From Octopus bimaculoides (taxonomy: Eukaryota), in the NCBI RefSeq assembly GCF_001194135.2, contig NC_068984.1:1704782-1768781 (forward strand): 64,000 bases of DNA, read 5' to 3'. Under the pieces are notes generated by a model, which searched no databases, had not been told where the DNA came from, and worked only from the letters and a program-made list of their open reading frames with translations. Within the stretch, counting starts at the first letter, position 1. Every line of letters starts with the position of its first letter. A program made the translations under genes and the position numbers. Of the stretch, positions 1 through 13,949 are shown piece after piece.

Positions 1-110
1 AGTTAGGTGCTGGAGTGTATGTAGCGAGTTAGGTGCTGGAGTGTATGTAGCGAGTTAGGTGCTGGAGTGTATGTAGCTAGTTAGGTGCGGGAGTGTATGT
101 AGCGAGTTAG
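1..110. repeat. 26-bp tandem repeat, about 4 copies, running off the window start
   Basis: Unit agttaggtgctggagtgtatgtagcg repeated with 1-2 substitutions. Confidence 0.9.
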
Positions 111-1489
111 TAAAGGAACTGCAGTAATGAAAGAAGAGACAGTGTCTTTATATGAGCCAATATTTGAAAGGTGTTGCTCAGTATTTGTCAGTGGCATTGT
201 CATCTTTCGGTAGCAGTCTTGGCTATTGCTAGGCATAGTAGCAATACTGTTCGAGTGAAATAAGCTGTTACGCCCATATTAAGGAGCCAAGCTGGACACA
301 AGTCTCGAATCTTTTGATCACTCAGTAGGAACAACTCAAACTCCAATACTTATGTCCACTTTGTTATGTTTCCATGGGTCAGACTAAATTTACTGGGGCA
401 GTTTTCTATGGCCAGATGCCTTTCCTTTTCCCAAACCCTTGCCTACTTCCAAACAAGGAAATATTTCCCCATGGCCAGTCATGTTTTTTCATGGAAGACC
501 ACCTGAAATGAAAGACATTGTTTGGATGCTGATAATGCTTGTCTACAATCATCACACACACACACACACACAGTGGCTTATAGTAGAAGTCACTTGCTGA
601 AGGTGCTGTGTAGTGGAACTGAACTCAAATTCACAAGCAAGCTAATGCCTTGTATTTGTTCCTACTGTCTATACTTTGTGTCTAAATCCTGCCAAACCCT
701 ACTTTGCCTTTCATCTTTTTGGTGTTGATGATTAAATTCCAGTCTGGGTCAGGGCTTGATTCTTCTGTCTCTCTTCCTTTCTCTCTAGAAGAAATCAGCC
801 GTAAGAGGCCCTGAAAGAGAGAGAGAGAGAGAGAGAGAGAATCTTCTCTGGTTTTAATAAACTTAAGATACACTCTTTATTCTTTTTTACTCTTTTGCTT
901 GTTTCAGTCATTAGACTGTGGCCATGCTGGAGCACCGACTTTAGTCGAGCAAATCGACCCCAGGACTTATTCTGTACGTAATAGTGATTTCAAGCAATTT
1001 TGGGGGCAGGGTAAGTCGGTTACATTGACGCCAGTGATCAACTGGTACTTATTTTATCGAACCCTGAAAGAATGAAAGGTGAAGTCGACCTCGGCTGAGT
1101 TTGAACTCAGAACGTAGGCTTCATTTACCAAAATACTATGGAAGCCCTCTAACATAAGTAACACTTGTATTTTGTTGTATCATGATTAGTAACTGTTTCT
1201 GGTTGAATTAGTTCCTGGCCTGAAAATGTAGAGACCCTGTCTTTAGGCTGCATTTGCTGCAATGTCAAAGTAATTTTGCTTGTTATGTGCCATTCATGGT
1301 TGTTTCCTTGAAATGTGAAGTGATTGTGTCTTGGAGTTGGTGAAATGATCTCAAGTTGTCCAGCCATATTCCTGGAAGCAACACAGAAAAGTATTTAGGT
1401 TATTTACTCTACTATTTGTGCCATCTTACTGTTCTTTTTGAGAAGATTTATTGTGGGAAGATAGAAATGAAATTTTATGACCTCCATAT

Positions 1490-1900
1490 TTCTTTAATGG
1501 TTAGCCATGCTACATGGCAGTAAAACATGGGCTGCAGAGGACATGTTAATGCCTGAAAGAAGTGAAGCTACTATGCTCTGCTGGATATGCAATGTCGGTA
1601 TGCATGTATGACAGAGTGTGTCTTCAGAGAAAAATCGGGTACGACAGGCATCAGATGTAGTATGCAAGAGAGAAGACTGCACTGGTATGGCCATGTGATG
1701 TGTATGGACAAGGACAGCTGTGTAAAGAGGTGCCAGACCCTAACTGTGGAGGAAACCTGTGGAAGAGGTAGACCCAGGAAGATGTGGAATGAAATGATAA
1801 AATATGGTTGTGGAGTTTCACAGATGGGATAATAATGAACTGAGACTTTTGGTGGATTGCTGTGCTTGAAGAACCATGTGAAGCTAGTCGTGGCCAGTGC
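1490..1900 (+). mobile_element. RTE LINE 3' ORF fragment (decayed)
   Basis: Translates to QERRLHWYGHVMCMDKDSCVKRCQTLTVEETCGRGRPRKMW, the RTE C-terminal signature; same family as 43535-44110. Confidence 0.85.
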
Positions 1901-2348
1901 CAAACACTCTCAATAAGGATGCCATCTTATAGCAGATATCATTTCCAAGTGATCTGGTATTGATTATTGAAAGTTAGGTAAATGGAGACATGTTATATTA
2001 AGAGTCCTGTTTAAATATATTTACGCTGGATTTGAAACCAAAACTCTGGAATTGTTCTTCTAACCTGTCCATCTGTCTGTCCATTCATCTCTCCATCCAT
2101 ATGTTCAGAATTTCATAGTCTGAAAACTCCACTTTTTAAGATGGTAAGGTTAATTTAAAGAGAATTTGGCTACTATTTTTAGCAAATCTAGAAACTTTGT
2201 AGAACTTTCCACATTGTTAGCTTAAAATTATTTTGTATTTAAAACACAAACTTCTTCAATATGCAGAAGGTACAGAATATTGAATTATAAAATTGCCAAA
2301 TGATTAAAATTTCCTCTTTTAATTTTTGCTTGGTTCAGGTCTGTTGAA

Positions 2349-2614
2349 ATGGCTGGAAGACAGTTCTCTAGATTGATTCCTTTATGTAGAAACATCCCAA
2401 AACATAGGATTTCATTCCTTGCTACCAGATGTCTTCATCAACGATCCATGTTAAGTGGAGCAAAGTCTCAATTGCTTCTGATTACATCAAATAAACAGAT
2501 TAAACCATATTCTTCAGCTGCTGCTTTGGAATGCATCAACATTCAAGATGAAAGTGACTTTGAGAAGCGAGTTCTGGACAGCCCAAAACCTGTCATTGTT
2601 GATTTCCATGCTTC
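2349..2614 (+). CDS. TXN2: Thioredoxin-2 (mitochondrial), first coding exon: transit peptide plus start of the Trx fold
   Basis: Acceptor ttcag at 2338, ATG 2349, Arg/Ser/Leu-rich presequence, then NIQDESDFEKRVLDSPKPVIVDFHA; donor gtgagt at 2615 (phase 2), just before the expected WCGPC. Confidence 0.93.
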
Positions 2615-2702
2615 GTGAGTTTTTTTACTTTTTCCTTTCTTTCATTTTAAATTTCCATTCTTTATTATTCAAATTGGTTTATCTTTTGATTATGCTGATT
2701 GA

Positions 2703-3134
2703 CCAGCTGAGATACCTGCCTAAAAATTACCGTTAGTAAGATCTCTGTTTACAGCCATGAAACATTTTTTGTCAAATTTCAACATTTTTCAAAAAATTAA
2801 AATCTATGTTAATCGGTAGGACCAATTTGACGAAAAAATGAGCAGAGTCTGGTAGTGAACCCGTGTTGTTGTCATTTTTGTGTATTGTGCGTAAAATGGT
2901 GAAATTTTACACTTTGGGGCAGATTTCTTTAAATTGATGTCACAATGGCCAATGCGAAAAATGCTGAAATTTTACGATTTTTGAAAAATCGATTTTTTTA
3001 AAGTTTTAAGTGCATAAGTGACCACATGGACATAAGCCCCACACGTGTCAAGTTTCATTATGGTCTGTTGGATAGTCTTGGAAGAGTCAAAGTAACAAAT
3101 TCACAAACACAAACTTGCCATTTATTATTCTAGA
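2703..3134 (-). mobile_element. Non-autonomous Helitron-like element in TXN2 intron
   Basis: On minus: A|TC start (atctagaataataaatggcaagtttgtgtttg) and a CTGG|T end matching CTRR; the subterminal hairpin is weak. Confidence 0.4.
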
Positions 3135-5220
3135 TTATGTGACACTTTAGTCATTGTTGTTGTTTAGCTCAGATCAGCCTCGTATCAGCAGAACTAGAGT
3201 CAGTGGTATTCTTACCATGACCTCTCCATCTTTCTCTCAGGCTTTGCACATCTAAGACTACATTATTGAATGTATTCCTCTTTTTTCAAGATAGTAAGGA
3301 GTGATTTAAGAGATATTTAGCTTATTTCTTGCAGATTTGAGCGACCACATTTGTTTTTCCTTGAGATTTTAGCTGCCCAAATGAAGTAGACGTTTATGTG
3401 TCCATCCATGGCAATCACCACAATATTTATGAGATTATCTTGTACAGAGATTTACTGGTCTGTATGAGAAATTATCATTATTAATGGAATTGGTCTCAAG
3501 CAGCCAGAATCATTAGCATGTGGAACAAAATGCTTAACAGCATTTTTTCCAGTTTTATGTTCAAATCCCACCCAGGCCAACTTTAGTCTTTCATCCTTTC
3601 AGGGCCAGTGAAATAAGTACCAGCTTCCCACTGAGGTTCATGTCATTGACTAACTCTCCAACTCCCCAAAATTTCATGCTTTTGACTTTAGTAGAAGGAA
3701 CTATTAATGGAATTGGTAGAGTTTTAGATAAAATGCCTTCGAGTGTTTCATTTCATCTCTTTATGTACACAGTTCAAATCCTGCTGTAGGCAGCTTTGCT
3801 TTCATCCTCCAAAGGTCAGTATAATAAAATAACAGCAGCTGTTGTTTTTTAGCTTCAGTTCAAACCTGAATACAAGAGAGCCATAACTATGCCATCATTA
3901 GATACCATAAACCCAAAGCCATGTTATTTCATGTTGTCTTCAGATAGTCAGCTGTGATATGAGATTTGGTTGCTGTTTCTAGTAGGTCAAATGGCCAAAT
4001 AGTGGTGCTCTCCCCTGCTGCAATGTTTAACCATATTTTTGTGAAAAAAAAAACTGACTTTGTTTCAATTAATTTTGAAAATAATAAAGAATTTTGTAGA
4101 ATTACTTTGTCATTTATTAAGCTGATGTTTGAAAATTAAATTAACAAGAAATTTCAATGCCAGGTTTTAATTTAGATCACTTTAAGACGAGAAGTTGGTA
4201 TCATAGAACCAGGGGTGGTGGTCTCAGAAGGATTGGTATCAAAAGGGTCAGATATCATCATATGTTTGTTTTCCATGCTGGCATGGGTTGGACAGTTTGA
4301 CAGGAGTTGGCCAAGCCAGGAGCTGTACCAAATTCCTGAGTCTGTTTTGGCATGGTTTCTATGGCTGGATACCTTTCCCGTTGGCAACTACATTACAAAG
4401 TGTACAGAATGCTTTTTACATGGCACCATCACCAATGCTTTTTGGGTGTTAGGGAATGAGATGTGGGTCAATCTATTTAACTGCTGTTCTCCTCCACCCA
4501 TCCCTCATGCTGTGTGACTTTGTTTTTGAATTATAAAATCCTTATTGATGGAAGAATATGAAGTATCACATTAAATGCTCCAGCATGACAAAGACCTCAT
4601 ACAGATTAAATGATTTAGACCAGTTAAATCCCTTTACTTCTTTATAAATATCCCCTGCTCTCCTGTAAATATATTCACTTCCTTGCTTTCATACACTGAC
4701 AAAACTTTCTGTTGTTTTTCCTTCTCCCACTTAACTGATATTTCTTTAATAATTAAAGGAATCTGTTTAATTAAACTTCTGTGTTGAGATGTCTTATTGT
4801 ATAAACACCTTGTTCCCTCCTCCCTCTTCTTCACACGGAGTTTGTTGTCTGGTTGCTGTGAAATGTGGAGAAAGTTGATATTTTTATCTGCCACCCTTTC
4901 CATGGTCGACTCAAAACCTCCTTTGGTTCTGCATTTTCCTCTGATGTTTATTTTGTTTGTGTATTGGATGTCACCATCTTGTCCAGTGAGGAAGGGAGAG
5001 AAGCCATCATATTACTTTGATCACTCAATCAAGGAGCAATTGTGGAAACTTTTGCTATTTCTCCATTACTCTGCTGCTGATGCTGCTGGCTTAACCTCAG
5101 TCAATCTCCCAGATTACAATCATCTCCACTACCATTATCGTTATCGTTGATTTAATTCCTGTTTTCCATGCTGAAATTAGTTGGTCTGCTTTATCACATT
5201 TCTTTAATTTCTTTGTCTTG

Positions 5221-5340
5221 CTACCACTCTCTCAATTCCCTTCTACTCTTCCTACCACTCACTCAATTCACTTCTACTCCTCCTACCACCCTCTCAATTC
5301 CCTTCTACTCCTCCTACCACTCACTCACTTCACCTCTACC
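5221..5340. repeat. 31-bp pyrimidine-rich minisatellite, 4 units, with alternating variants (62-bp higher order)
   Basis: ctaccactc(t/a)ctcaattc(c/a)cttctactcctc units start at 5221, 5252, 5283, 5314. Confidence 0.8.
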
Positions 5341-5939
5341 CTTCCCAGCACTTTCTCAACTCCTTCCTTCCTTGTCTTGTATCTAAATTTCTTTGTTTTC
5401 ACAATATGTAGTTTTTTATTTCAATGTAATAATAATAATCAATAATATTTACAATTAAAAAATAATATTTAAATGAAACTAAAATAAAAAGGAAAGGAGA
5501 GAAGAAAAAAAGAAATAAAAAGAAAAATTAAGCTACAAAATACTTAGATTCTTTCAGTTTCCTATAGTTCAGAGCGCCTCATGTGCCCACACCATCATCC
5601 ATGCAGCCACACATTACAGACGCACACACTTACACATCTACATGTCACCATGTCACATACTTACACTCTCACATACATATGTGCACCTTCGTTTTGGGAT
5701 CACCAACACTTTATTATCTCCCCTTCTTCCTAGCTCTCCTGTCTAACTACCTCTGTCCAGCCAGCCACCATGATTGACCGCTAGCTCCAAAAGCTTTTTT
5801 CATTCTCTCACTGTTTGTTTCCTCATGTTCCTTTCAGTTGAAGATATGTGACATGCTATACAAACTTGTCCAACCATTGCATTTTCAGATGTATGAACTT
5901 TAAACCTCACAGAGGCAATGACTGGTGACCAAGACCTTT

Positions 5940-6410
5940 GCTGCTGTGCTTGAGAGGACTCATCAAGCCAAGTGCACCCGTGCTGGTGGCATGTAGGGAA
6001 CACCTTTTGAGCATTGGGCCTCATGGAGGCAAAGTGGCTGAGTTCCTTTCGAGTGTTGGGCCTCATGTTGGCAGTGACTGATATCTTTGGCATTATGTCA
6101 TGCTTGAGAAGAAAACCCATGAAGCCGAGCAAAATTGCAGTCATGGCAGATACCGGTGTCACGCTAATTGGCACTCGTGTTGGTCGCATGTAAAAGTACC
6201 CCGGTGTCATGCAAATAGCACCTGTGCTGGTGGCATGTAAAAGCACCCATTACACTCTCAGAGTGGTTGGCGATAGGAAGGGCGTCCAGCCATAGAGACC
6301 CTGCCAAATCAGACTGGAGTCAGCTGCAGCCCTCCAGCTTGCCAGTCCTGGTCAAACTGTCCAACCCATGCCAGCATGGACAACGGAGGTTAAATGATGA
6401 TGATGATAAT
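5940..6410 (+). mobile_element. RTE-derived 3' end with (GAT)n tail
   Basis: Contains gagtggttggcgataggaagggcgtccagc...ccaacccatgccagcatgg...gttaaatgatgatgat. Related copies at about 7130-7325(+), 8320-8500(-), 9045-9205(+), 11490-11760(+), 31750-31945(+), 33190-33360(-), 33520-33980(+), 35600-36060(-), 40960-41465(+), 46345-46590(-). Confidence 0.8.
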
Positions 6411-6469
6411 GAAACTATATTAGCTTGAATTTAAACTCAGTCTGTATTAAAATTATGTGCGTGCATCTG

Positions 6470-6506
<37 letters not shown>

Positions 6507-6547
6507 GTATTTTATTTAAAAACAGCAGAAATATCACAAAAACTGTT

Positions 6548-6948
6548 NNNNNNNNNNNNNNNNNNNNNNNNNNNNNNNNNNNNNNNNNNNNNNNNNNNNN
6601 NNNNNNNNNNNNNNNNNNNNNNNNNNNNNNNNNNNNNNNNNNNNNNNNNNNNNNNNNNNNNNNNNNNNNNNNNNNNNNNNNNNNNNNNNNNNNNNNNNNN
6701 NNNNNNNNNNNNNNNNNNNNNNNNNNNNNNNNNNNNNNNNNNNNNNNNNNNNNNNNNNNNNNNNNNNNNNNNNNNNNNNNNNNNNNNNNNNNNNNNNNNN
6801 NNNNNNNNNNNNNNNNNNNNNNNNNNNNNNNNNNNNNNNNNNNNNNNNNNNNNNNNNNNNNNNNNNNNNNNNNNNNNNNNNNNNNNNNNNNNNNNNNNNN
6901 NNNNNNNNNNNNNNNNNNNNNNNNNNNNNNNNNNNNNNNNNNNNNNNN
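6548..6948. other. Assembly gap (N run) hiding the 5' part of the TXN2 middle exon
   Basis: N run; other large gaps at 22568-23171, 30609-31211, 40805-40920, 43768-43805. Confidence 0.99.
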
Positions 6949-7002
6949 ATTTTGGCCAAAGTTGATATTGATGAGAACACAGAACTTGCCTTGAAATATA
7001 GT
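6949..7002 (+). CDS. TXN2: TXN2 middle coding exon, visible 3' part only
   Basis: Reads ILAKVDIDENTELALKYS directly after the gap, then donor gtaagt at 7003 (phase 0); matches the MAKVDIDDHTDLAIEY segment of TXN2 orthologues. Confidence 0.9.
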
Positions 7003-10000
7003 GTAAGTATTTCATTTAGATTATTGTTTTTTTCTAGTCCTTATTTTGCAAGTCTCTTGATAAATCAGACATTGTTTTTGTCATCTCAAATTTAAATACA
7101 TATAGATCGATGCCAGGCCTGCCTCGCTGGCTCCTGTGCTTGTGGCATGTAAAAAGCACCCACTACACTCTTGGAGTGGTTGGCATCAGGAAGAGTATCC
7201 AGCTGTAGAAACTTTGCCAGATCAGACTGGAGCCTGGTGCAGCCTCCTGGCTTGCCAGCCCTCACTCAAATTATCCAAGCCATGCCAGCATGGAAAGCAG
7301 GCGTTAAACGATGATGATGATGAACTTTAAATACATATAGAATTATACTCATTAGAGTTAGTTGGTTTTTATCAACATCAATTAGAACAAAGCTAAAGAT
7401 GTGTATATGATGAGGTTGATAATGTTTTACTGGAGAAGAAATAGCTTTATATAACATCAAATAATGATCTCGTTATTCTCATCCTTTAATGTCCACTTTT
7501 CTGTGCTTACATGGGTCAGACGGAATTTGGTGAGGCAGATTCTCTGTTGCTAACCCCAACTTGTTTCCAAGTGAGATAATATCTCTCCATGGCCTGACTT
7601 GTTTTTCACAGGAAAGTGAAAATGAACAACGCTGCTTGTATGACTTGTTTATAACCATCATGTGATGTTCAGATGAGTGTACGCATGCACACACACACAC
7701 ACACACACACATCATCACCATCATCATCATCTAGTGTGTGACCTCCCTACTGGAATGGGTTGAATGGTTTGCCAAGACCTGGCAGGTCAGAGGATTGCAT
7801 TGAGTCCCAATCTCTGCTTAGGCATGGTTTCCATGATGGTTGCCTTTCCTAATGCCAACCACTTGGCAGCGTGTGCTGGGTGCTTGTTTTCTTGACATCA
7901 CCAATAATGAAGTTGCCAAGTAATTCAAAAGAGCCCTTATTTCAGGGGGCGACTGAGGGGCACGAGGATGATGGAGGGACAGTGAAGCAGTATTTGTCAG
8001 TTCTGGCTGAAAAAAGTAGAGAAAGGGAGATGGTGGTGATGTGGNNNNNNNNNNAAGAGGATGATGGAGGGACAGTGAAGCAGTATTTGTCAGTTCTGGC
8101 TGAAAAAAGTAGAGAAAGGGAGATGGTGGTGATGTGGTGTCAGGGTAAATGCCCTGAAGGTGAATATGAGGGGGTATAGGTAATGCAGTGAATGGGAAAC
8201 AAAGGAAGGAGATGGTGAATTTCAATTTGGAGGAGTATAAATTGAAGGAAATAGGGGTGGGTCAGGTTCAGAGGAGAGAAGGTGATTGGTGGGGGGCAGT
8301 TCAACTAATGCTGGTGGTGGGGGATGGAGAACATTGTGCTCCACTATTTGTTTTAGTATGGTTCCTACAGCTAGATGCCCTTCTCAGTGCCAACTACTTT
8401 ATAGTTTGTACTGAGTGCTTTTTATGTGCCACCGGCACAGGAGCCAGTCAGGCGGCACTGGCAACAACCACACTCGAATGGTGCTCTTTTACAGCAGCTC
8501 ACAAGAGTCTGGACCCCAAGGGAGATGGGGTTAGCTTTATGCTAGTGAATGAGGGGTTAAATTATGAGAGATGATGGAGGAAAGTATGAAGTGGGGGCAT
8601 CTGAACCCATTCACAAGGCTTTGGTTGTCCCAGGGCTTTAGTAGAAGACAAAGTACCATGCAGTGGGAGTGAATCCAAAGCTATGTGTTTGTGTGAATAA
8701 TAATTATGACAACCAATGTGAATTCTTTGCATTCAGGTAGAATATTCTTTTGGTAGAGTCAAGGTGCGATTCCTTACCCTGACACCTTTAACTGTAATGG
8801 ACTGTTCCACACTCACAGCCTACACTCAAACTCATCAGCTAGATCGAGCGATAGAATCAGGTCTCAGTGGTTATGTTATTAAACTAATAACAAAACTGAT
8901 ATTTACCTTATACTCTCTGTCATTTTGTGGCTTTGTATTGTTTATTTAATCCTGTCTTCCTTAATTTACACTCCTAAAAAACCCATGAAACCAGAACTAA
9001 GCTCTGACCTCAATTTCAACTCCATTACACTTAGAAAATACTTACTACTGAGTGGTTGGCGTTAGGAAGGGCATCCAGCTGTAGAAACTCTGCCAAATCA
9101 GACTGGAACCTGGTGTTGCCATCCGGTTTCACCAGTCCTCAGTCAAATCGTCCAACCCATGCTAGCATGGAAAGCGGACGTTAAACGATGATGATGATGA
9201 TGATGATACATATTAGAGCAGTAGGGAACTGAACTCAGCCCTGCAAACTAATAAAACGCCTGCTACAGTGTTCCCACCGTCTGCAGTAACGAGCTGTACC
9301 ATCTGATCCAACAATACTCTATTATCAATTATGGAGCATCAAACTGTCGGTTGTTAATCCAGAATTTTGTTCGAGTATGATCTGCTTCTAACATTGCTTT
9401 CACTAATTCCCTATGGTGGCTCTGTGGTTACAAACTGAAACAAGTCCCTTCTTGGCCTTTGCACTCTTCGTTCAGTGGAACATCAAGGATGAGACAGATG
9501 GAAGGGGATGGGTGGAGGGAGAGAGAAAGAGAGAGAGTTGTTCCCCAGCTTTAAGCTGGTTCACCTTTACAGGCAAGTAGACTGGAACAACTGGAAATGA
9601 AGTGTTTTATTGAAGGGGACAACATGTCGCTTAGTCCAGGAATTGAACCTTTGATTTTTTGATCACGAGTCTAACACAAACTACCTGGCCTTACACTTAC
9701 ATGACAGACTCCAGCCTCAGTTAACTATGGTGGTGGTGGCAGTGGTGGTGGTTAGCCTAGGTCAGCCCTGATTAAACAGAGCTGTGATCAATCGTGTTCC
9801 ACTCATGACCACCTCATCATTTTATATATCACAAGAATGAAGAAGTTTGTTTCCCAACCTCATGGTTTCAGGTTCAGTCCCACTGTGCGACACCTCTGAC
9901 AAGTGTCTTCCATTATAACTCTGGGTCCACCAAAGCCTTGTGAGTGGATTTGGTAGATGGAATATGACAGAAGACCATTGTGTGTGTGTGTGTGTGTGTG

Positions 10001-11962
10001 CATGTGTGTGTTTCAAAACAGGAAATTGGAAAAGTTTTTTTTTCGGTATTATTTATTCTCCATTACATGTGTTTCATTTGCTAATAGGAATTACGAAGTC
10101 TTACATGTTGGGTTTCTAATGAGAAATTTCTTACATGTTTATCCAACATGTAAAACGTAATTGCTATTAGAAAATGAAACATGTGTAATGGTTAATAAAT
10201 AATACCAAAAACTTTCCAGCTTCCTGTTTTGAGATATGATTACTCTGCAAACAATATTTCCAGAATTTTTAATTCTAATGTGTGTCTCACTTAAATACAA
10301 CATCTACATACGAAATTGTAATACCGGAATAAGCTGAAGTGCTTCAAGTGGACATGGCTTGGACTTTAATCCTATCTACATTGTGTTTGTGTGTGTGTGT
10401 GTCTCCTTGTTTTGATGTTGTCTGATGGTTGTAAATGAGTGTCATTGTCATTATAAGCTGTGTCATTTATTTCCATTATTCTTTAAAAGAGGTGAGGATT
10501 GGGGACTGGAAAGGCATTCAGTCTTAGAAAACCTACCTCTATACACTCCATCCGAATCATCAAGCACGGAAAAGTGGATACTGAAATATCAATGATGACG
10601 ATGATGATGATGATGATGATGGTGATGGTGATTGTCTACATTTGTAGTAGAGTATGATCTGGGGGAGATTTGACTGTCATCTTGGAGGTTGAGCAGCCAT
10701 GTAGGGGTACTGTCATTAGTTCAGAGAAGTATGGTAGACTGTACATGAATAAAACCATTTATTCTGATGGTTAAAGAGAAACTGTGAGTGGTGGTGGTGG
10801 TGGTGGTGGTTAGGTTGAAGGGGTGAAAGAACACTTAGGTTCTGTAAACATTGACCTTTAACCTTTAACCTAACATGACAATGAAACAGTCTTTGTTTGT
10901 GTCAGTGTCTCCTCCACTCCACTTATCCTTATAAATTTTTCCAGTAAATATTCTGACTTCACAGCTATCAGGAGTGGTGGTCATTATTGTGTTGGTTGTT
11001 ATTTCCCAGATCGATCCTACCATTATTGATTTACCAATGTTGTTTATTTCAGAACTACACTATCCTGTATGATGTTTTTTTTTATAACAAGGACCTGTGG
11101 TTTAAGGGGGATTTGGCTACTATTTTTAATTGGCTGAACTACAAAATAAAGGCTCTCTCAGGTGTTCATTTCTCCTAATTAAGGAATTAATAAGAGGAAT
11201 CTCATTTATTAATTAATATATCATAAATGTAGTCAGTTATTGAATTAATTCTTTCCTATTTGGGCACAAGGCCAGCAATGTGGAGGGGGAGAGGGCAAGT
11301 CAATTACATTGAACCCCAGTACATTACTGGTTATTTGTCAACTTAGAAAGAATAAAAGGTGAAGTTGACCTCAGGACCCAAGGAACCAGAATAAATACTG
11401 TAAAACATTATTCTGATGCCCCAACAAATTTTGCCAGCTCTCTGCCTTCAGGTTTTAAATGAAGGGCTGAAAATAGAAGTGTTGTGTTAAACCTGGTGCT
11501 AGTGCCACATTAAAAGTTGTGATACTGGTTCCATGTGGAAAACATGAGTGCTGGTACCACATAAAAAAAAATGGTGTCACGTAAGAAGCACCCAGTAGAG
11601 CACTCTGTTGAGTGGTTGGTGTTAGGAAGGGCATCCAGCTGTAGGAACCATGCCAAAACAGACTGTGGAACCTGGTGCAACCCCCTGGTTTTGCCAGTTC
11701 CTATCAAGCAGTCCAACCCATGCCAGCATAGAAAACAGGGGTTAAGTGAGGATGAATGATGAATGTAAGATGAACAAGAAATTAGTTTTTAGATTCACTT
11801 TCTGCTCCTTAGGGTCTTCCATAATTCTGTATAATTCTCTTCACATGACATCAGTGGGGTGGGCCATTTATCATGCATTAATGACCTCGGGTGAGGTGGG
11901 GGTTCATTGTTCTGTTTACTCACACAGTAAGCCTGTTATGCAATGTATGACAGGAGTGTCTG

Positions 11963-11998
<36 letters not shown>

Positions 11999-12059
11999 TT
12001 GGCTACAGTAAAACAGTGGAATTTAGTAGTAGTAGTAGTAGTTGTTGTTGTTGTAGTAA

Positions 12060-12810
<751 letters not shown>

Positions 12811-13006
12811 ATAATACTGATGATGATGATGATGATGATGATGATACCCATTTCTTGCAAAGTGGGAAAATTGTCAAAATTCACTGACATATAACAAAAC
12901 CTTAAACAGTAAATTAACTGAAATCTGTTGCCACAACAAGTTTTTATGATATCATAAATGAATAATCTATAGTTTTGTAGTTTGTGAGTTACAATGGTGG
13001 TAGTGG

Positions 13007-13037
<31 letters not shown>

Positions 13038-13116
13038 GAGATGATTGAGAACCATTAAGTAGGAATCTCACTTGTGACCTTTATTTTGACTTATTTCCTG
13101 TCATTTGTACTTTCAG

Positions 13117-13230
13117 GTCAGTTCAGTGCCAACCGTTATTGGTGTCCGCAATGGGAAGACAGTGGACCAGTTTATTGGCCTACAGCCTGATGACTTAATT
13201 GAAAGCTTTATTGAGAAGCTCAAACACTGA
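13117..13230 (+). CDS. TXN2: TXN2 last coding exon
   Basis: Acceptor tttcag at 13116; VSSVPTVIGVRNGKTVDQFIGLQPDDLIESFIEKLKH-stop; phase matches the previous exon. Confidence 0.93.
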   Translation, partial: VSSVPTVIGVRNGKTVDQFIGLQPDDLIESFIEKLKH

Positions 13231-13949
13231 CCTCATTTTAAGCCATTAAAACTGTCAGGGGTGGTGGTGATGATGATAATGGTGGTGGTGTATATATCAG
13301 CTGTTTATTAGTCAGCAGCAAAATGGCCTAAGCAGGAATGAAGATGATATGTGTATATATGTCTTTGTGGATTTGTTTACGTCTATGTGTGTGTGTATTG
13401 TTTTTGTGTCTATTTGTTTATCAACATTACACGATGTATGTTCTCCCTGCTGGCACAGGCTGGATGGTTTAACAAGATCCCGCAAGCCCCTAGGCCATGT
13501 GCAACTGTTATGTCATCTCATTGTGGCCCCTGTTGCTCACCGGATCCTGTCAAACCATCCATGCCATCCCTGTAAGGAAAACAATGTGTCTATTTAAGTG
13601 TCTAATGTGTCTGTGTGTGTATATATGTGTCTTATTTTTGTGTATATAAATATGTGTGCATTATATTTGTATGCATGTTTTTGTTTTTTTTTCTTTTGTG
13701 TTGATTAAATTTTAGTTTTAATGTTATGATGTTTGTGGTTTGTGTTTTCTTTTATATTTTTTTAAAACTTATCTGTTTTGAATTGAAGAGATGTTAGTAT
13801 GTATTAATTATTTTTTAAAATGAACCTCTCTTAATTATGCCCAGCAGATTGAAATAAAATATAAAAAACATACAAAGATTCATTAGTAACTCATTATTTT
13901 ATAAAGTTTAATTTTCATTCTACAATTAATTACAATAAATAACAATAGC

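Noticed and set aside
6425-7015. Long ORFs in the track spanning N runs (also 22500-23219, 30523-31353, 40637-41302)
   Set aside because: Artefacts of translating Ns as X
7968-8140. Direct repeat of about 75 bp flanking a 10-N gap (same pattern at 33397, 46195, 51592)
   Set aside because: Identical sequence on both sides of a fixed 10-N spacer is an unmerged contig overlap, not a real duplication
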